Shown here in pieces: positions 60,001 to 64,000 of a DNA stretch of 64,000 nt. Positions within the stretch are counted from its first letter, which is position 1; each line of letters starts with the position of its first letter. Under the pieces are notes generated by a model. That model had not been told where the DNA came from, made no database searches, and saw only the letters and a program-made list of their open reading frames with translations. The DNA is taken from assembly GCA_030704615.1 (NCBI GenBank), contig CM060734.1:1178001-1242000 (forward strand), written 5' to 3'. This stretch comes from Takakia lepidozioides. Its lineage: Eukaryota; Plantae; Bryophyta. The position numbers were made by a program, and so were the translations under genes.

Positions 60001-63000
60001 TTTTCCTCCAACTGTAACTGGGATGCACATATCCGGAAAGTTGTTCAAACTGGCAAGGGCAAAGCGCTGAGTCTCACTAAATTTTTCCACTGCAGAGGGA
60101 TTAACTCTGAGGTCAAGAAAACCTTGCTTTGCCGCGTTATTAGACTTGCCTTGGAGTACGGATCTGCTATATGGGTTGATAACTCCAACCAGGCTAAGTC
60201 TCTAGAATCCATTCAAGTGGGGGTGCTTAAGGAGTGCATGTCAGCATGCTCCAAAACAGCCAATGTGGCTGTTCGGGGTGAGTTTGGCATCCCTTCCTTA
60301 AGCTCCGGACGAGATGAATTCAAGGTCAGATGGGGTCAGTTGCAACACATGTTCAACACCAGATAATTGACTCTATATCTTGGAAACAGGACCGCCCTGT
60401 CAAACAGGCTAAGTCCTGGCAGAAGAGAGTAGAAGAGATTCTCAAGGAGCTGAATCTGAACCTGCAAGTCTTGACCTTGCTGGATAAATCTGACTTAGAG
60501 ACCGTAGTGTCCAAAGCCATGTCTGTTACCAGAAAATTGTCCGATGAAAATGAAGTTAGGCAGAAAACTTCCCTGAACCTGTTTCCAGTCTGTGACATGG
60601 GGGAGGATGGATAACCTCAAGGGTCTACCAACTCTCGGCACCACTGAAATTTAAACTCAGGGCAGGAAGCCTACCTTTGCACAGTAAACAGAAGCAGAGA
60701 GGAAAGGGAGAGTGCAATTGCCCGTTGTGTGGGCAACCCAAAGACAATATTCATTTTCTGATTAACTGTCCGGGGTACTCTCACCAGAGAGAAGCTCTCC
60801 TCCAATCTATCAAGAGAATTGTGCCTGTACCTATGTTTACCAACTTTGAAAGTCTCGAGGCTGAGCCAAAAGCCCAGGCCCTTCTGAGGCCTAGTTACTG
60901 GACAAACCACACACAGCAGATTGATGCTTGTGTGAAAGGATTTCTGGAGGATATCTGGAAAACCCGAATCAATGTCCTTTATGAAGGTAAGTCTTACTAC
61001 CGACGTCAGCCCCTGAGTGAGGTAGGTTCTGTCCCTTTTTGTTCCGTTCAAACTGGACGCGGGGTCAATGGCCACAAGGCTACGGCAAACAACGTCTTAT
61101 GAGTACATTCTCTCTCTCCCTGCACTTCTATTCACCAACTTTCAAAATCTCGAGGCTGAGGAAAAAGCCCAGGCCCTATTGGGGTCTAATTGCTGGGCAG
61201 CTCACCTAGCAGATTGATGATTGCTGCTTGTATGAAGGGCTTTCTAGAGGAAATCTGGAAAGCCGGAACTAATTGTTTATATCAAGGTGAGTCCCACTAT
61301 TGGTGTGAGTCCCTCTGTTACCTTTTGTTCCGCCCACAGTCTCTCTTCACCTCATGGCCCCCATCGAGAAGAGGATACCGATTAATGTCTCTGCATCGTG
61401 TTTAGAGTTTGTAATGTATTGAAGAGGTAGGACCCCATCATTTATTGCATTAGAACTTCCTTCAAATGTGTCCTTTGGGATCCTGTCCTATCTCGAGTCT
61501 TCCACAAAAAAATTCTAGGGGATGGATGGTTATCACCTTTGACTCCGACAACTGGTGTATTGCTATGCCAAGAGGCCTAAAATTGAAGGTCATTGTCGGC
61601 AGGGATGGATGCCTCTATGCTTCTTTCCCTTGGTCTGGATGTACTTGTGCATGTAGTTAGAGAAGCATCCACCATGCCAAAACACACTACCAGATGGAAG
61701 TGCCTTGATGTATGCAGTGGTATTATTATTTGCCATCCCTATGAGGACCTTCTGCAGATTAACTGGCAACAAGGCTTACGCGTGAATCACAGAAACATCA
61801 ATTCAATGTCGATCTTATTACAAGGAAGGGGTATGATTGATTGTCTCATGTCCCTTCATAAATGAATTGTCCCCTGCGAAAATCTCTCTCGCAAGCATCC
61901 TGTTATGCAAAGGCCAAAATCGTCTTTATGGTGCCAGCTGACTCATTTGCTTCCTCCCACGTGAAGTTACTGTTGTTCAGAGGAATGTCCTATGTTTGGA
62001 GTCAATCAGACTCTACCCAAATCAAAGCCTTCACAAGAAAGCATGGTACAGGTTTCTGGGTTTCCCATGACCCAATTTTCTAAGCTCCATTCTCTCTCTG
62101 AAGACAGTATTCACTTTCTGATACACTGTCCGGGGTTCTCTCACCAAAGAGACGCTCTCTTCAACTCTATCAAGGGAATTGTGCCTGTTCCCCTGTTTAA
62201 CAATTTTGAAAGTCTCGAGGCTGAGCGAAAAGCCCAGGCCCTCCTGAGGCCTAGTTTTTGGGCAAATCACACACAGCAGATTGATGCTTGTGTGAAGGGA
62301 TTTCTAGAGGATATCTGGAAAACCCGGATTAATTCTATATAGGATGGTAAGTCACACTACCAACGTCAGCCCCTGACAGAGGTAGGTTCTGTCCCTTTTG
62401 TTCCCGCTCAAACTGGGCGCGGGGTCAATGGCCACAAGGCTACGGCAAACAACGTCTTATGAGTACAATCTCTCTGCCCTCCTCGAGGCTGAGCCAAAAG
62501 CCCAGGCCCTTCTGAGGCCTAGTTTTTGGGCAAATCACACACAGCAGATTGTTGCTTGTGTGAAGGGATTTCTAGAGGATATCTGGAGAACCCGAATCAA
62601 TTCTATGTATAAAGGTAAGTCTTACTACCAATGTCAGCCCCTGACAGAGGTAGGTTCTGTCCCTTTGGTTTCCGCTCAAACTCGGCGCGGGGTCAATGGC
62701 CACAAGGCTATGGCAAACAACGTCTTATGAGTACATTCTCTCTGCCCTCCCACACTCGTTGAATCATCTTCATTCAGGAAATATTTAGTAAATGGAAATA
62801 TATTTCCTGATAATGGGGCATGGATTTTTTGTGCAGACCGATGATTTGCAGGATCACATGATTATTTGTGGCTTCGGTCGAGTTGGCCAGGTCTGTCCAC
62901 CCTTACTTTACTTTCTCTTTCAAGATTTCAAAGAACTAGTAAGAATTTCTGTGTCATCAATGTTTTTCAGGGAGTGAGTCTAGTTGAATTTGTCTTGTCG

Positions 63001-63454
63001 TTGTGCAGATCATCGCCCAGCTTTTATCAGAGAGATTAATACCATTTGTTGCACTAGACGTGCGAAGGTATGTCCAATCAACTCACAGCAAGTCTATTGG
63101 TACTAAGTTGTGGACTCCAACTACACTCATGGTTTTGAGGATTCACAAGGGACAGTTTTGTATCCATTTAACCTAACTTCTAGCCTACTTTTGTGGAAGC
63201 AACAGGCTGGAGAGGCAAAATAGTTGCGGAGTATGCAGCAATGGATGGCTTGGCTTTTCTTCGTCTTATTTAGAGATCACCAGAATTGCTTTTGCAATCC
63301 AAAATTGGGTCACCTAGCATCTATACATTTAGAAGGGTGAGATAGTACAAACAACATTTGTAACAATTATGGTGTTGACGTGGACAGTGAGCGCGTGAGT
63401 TTGGGACGGGCTTTGGACTTGCCTGTCTATTTTGGTGATGCTGGCAGCCGAGAG
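45034..63454 (+). CDS. KEA2: Chloroplast envelope K+ efflux antiporter, KEA1/KEA2 type (CPA2 family); continues beyond the window
   Basis: Predicted exons: 45034-45778, 48621-49687, 50295-50677, 50844-51012, 51257-51347, 51665-51801, 52053-52112, 52532-52651, 52993-53061, 53428-53493, 53762-53851, 54131-54235, 54695-54823, 55609-55818, 55968-56117, 62837-62890, 63009-63067, 63388-63454. All are GT-AG and phase-compatible. Transit-peptide-like start, coiled coil, [32 protein letters not shown]-domain ICGFGRVGQ. The start codon is least certain. Confidence 0.95.
46346..48239 (-). mobile_element. 5'-truncated, internally deleted LINE in KEA intron 1
   Basis: RT motif FADD and C-terminal CPMC...HFLIHC. 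17-bp TSD AAAAGGTGAACATTAAA at 46329-46345 and 48240-48256. About 640 bp of RT is missing at ~47850 relative to the copy at 57391-61107. Confidence 0.92.
56211..57380 (+). mobile_element. Two 5'-truncated LINE copies in tandem (56211-56278 and 56301-57380)
   Basis: Both end ...GTCTTATGAGTACA followed by a TC tract and match the 3' part of 57391-61107. Confidence 0.9.
57391..61107 (+). mobile_element. Near full-length LINE (APE endonuclease, RT, CCHC C-terminus; RTE/RTEX-like), frameshifted
   Basis: GTFNFSG, AGQETW, LLGDFNA, IVDYI, TSDHFLV; GGPDGI, LHKKGD, QAGF, LDVKKAY, LSPLLFN, FADD; CPLC..HFLINC. Confidence 0.93.
61120..61340 (+). mobile_element. Older, diverged 3' fragment of the same LINE
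   Basis: CTCGAGGCTGAG..AAAAGCCCAGGCCC and TTTCTAGAGGA.ATCTGGAAA similarity. Confidence 0.65.
62097..62735 (+). mobile_element. Two short 3' LINE copies in tandem (62097-62467 and 62483-62735)
   Basis: Same 3' end. The second copy is flanked by the TSD-like TCTCTCTGCCCTCC. Confidence 0.9.
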
Positions 63455-63478
63455 GTACATCTCTCTCTCTCTCTCTCT

Positions 63479-64000
63479 CTGCAACATATGCCCAACACCA
63501 GATATCCTAAATTAATCGACTCTATATCTTGGAAACAGGACCGCCCTGTCAAACAGGCTAAGTCCTGGCAGAAGAGAGTAGAAGAGATCCTCAAGGACCT
63601 GGACCTGGATCCGCAAGTCTTGACCCTGCTGGATAAATCTGACTTAGAGGCTGTAGTGTCCTCAGCCATGTCTGTTGCCATGAGATTGTCTGATGAAAAT
63701 GAAGTTAGGCAGAAAACTTCCCTGAACTTGTTTCCAGTCTGTGACATGGGGGAGGACATCTTGGATGACCTCAAGGGTCTACCCACTCTCGGCACTAGAC
63801 TGAAATTTAAACTCAGGGCAGGAAGCCTACCTTTGAACAGCAAACAGAAGCAGAGAGGAAAGGGAGAGTGCAATTGCCCGTTGTGTGGGCAATCTGAAGA
63901 CAGTATTCATTTTCTGATACACTGTCCGGGGTTCTCTCACCAAAGAGACGCTCTCTTCAAATCTATTAAGGGAATTGTGCCTGTACCCCTGTTTACCAAC
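63479..64000 (+). mobile_element. 5'-truncated LINE copy inserted after (CT)10 just downstream of a splice donor; runs off the window
   Basis: Near-identical to 56596-57120 and preceded by GAG|GTACATCTCTCTCTCTCTCTCTCTCT. Confidence 0.92.

Overview
Eukaryotic land-plant genomic DNA, most consistent with a bryophyte-grade host (inferred from the TE families and spliced gene; species not determinable). Bases 1 to ~44.3 kb are a deep nest of decayed transposons. They include a Tcn1-like chromoviral Ty3/gypsy (1-5608), copies of a Galadriel-like Ty3/gypsy, and a large Ty3/gypsy (~10.9-37.5 kb) whose pol carries a DNMT3-like C5-cytosine methyltransferase and a C-terminal PHD finger. A 12.3-kb Mutator-like DNA transposon (15168-27516, 9-bp TSD) is inserted inside that methyltransferase. 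It carries a transposase, a spliced accessory gene with a ParB-like N-terminus and an N4/N6-DNA-methyltransferase-like C-terminus, and arrays of a palindromic motif. A diverged paralogue of the accessory gene, with the same introns but a different palindromic motif, lies at 40.6-42.7 kb near a CACTA/CMC transposase fragment. From 45034 to the window end is an apparently intact, 3'-incomplete chloroplast K+ efflux antiporter gene (KEA1/KEA2 type). Its introns hold many copies of one LINE family, mostly at (TC)n tracts. The best candidate for an undescribed system is the transposon-borne amino-methyltransferase-like gene paired with an element-specific palindrome. Family assignments come from motif recognition only; no searches were run.
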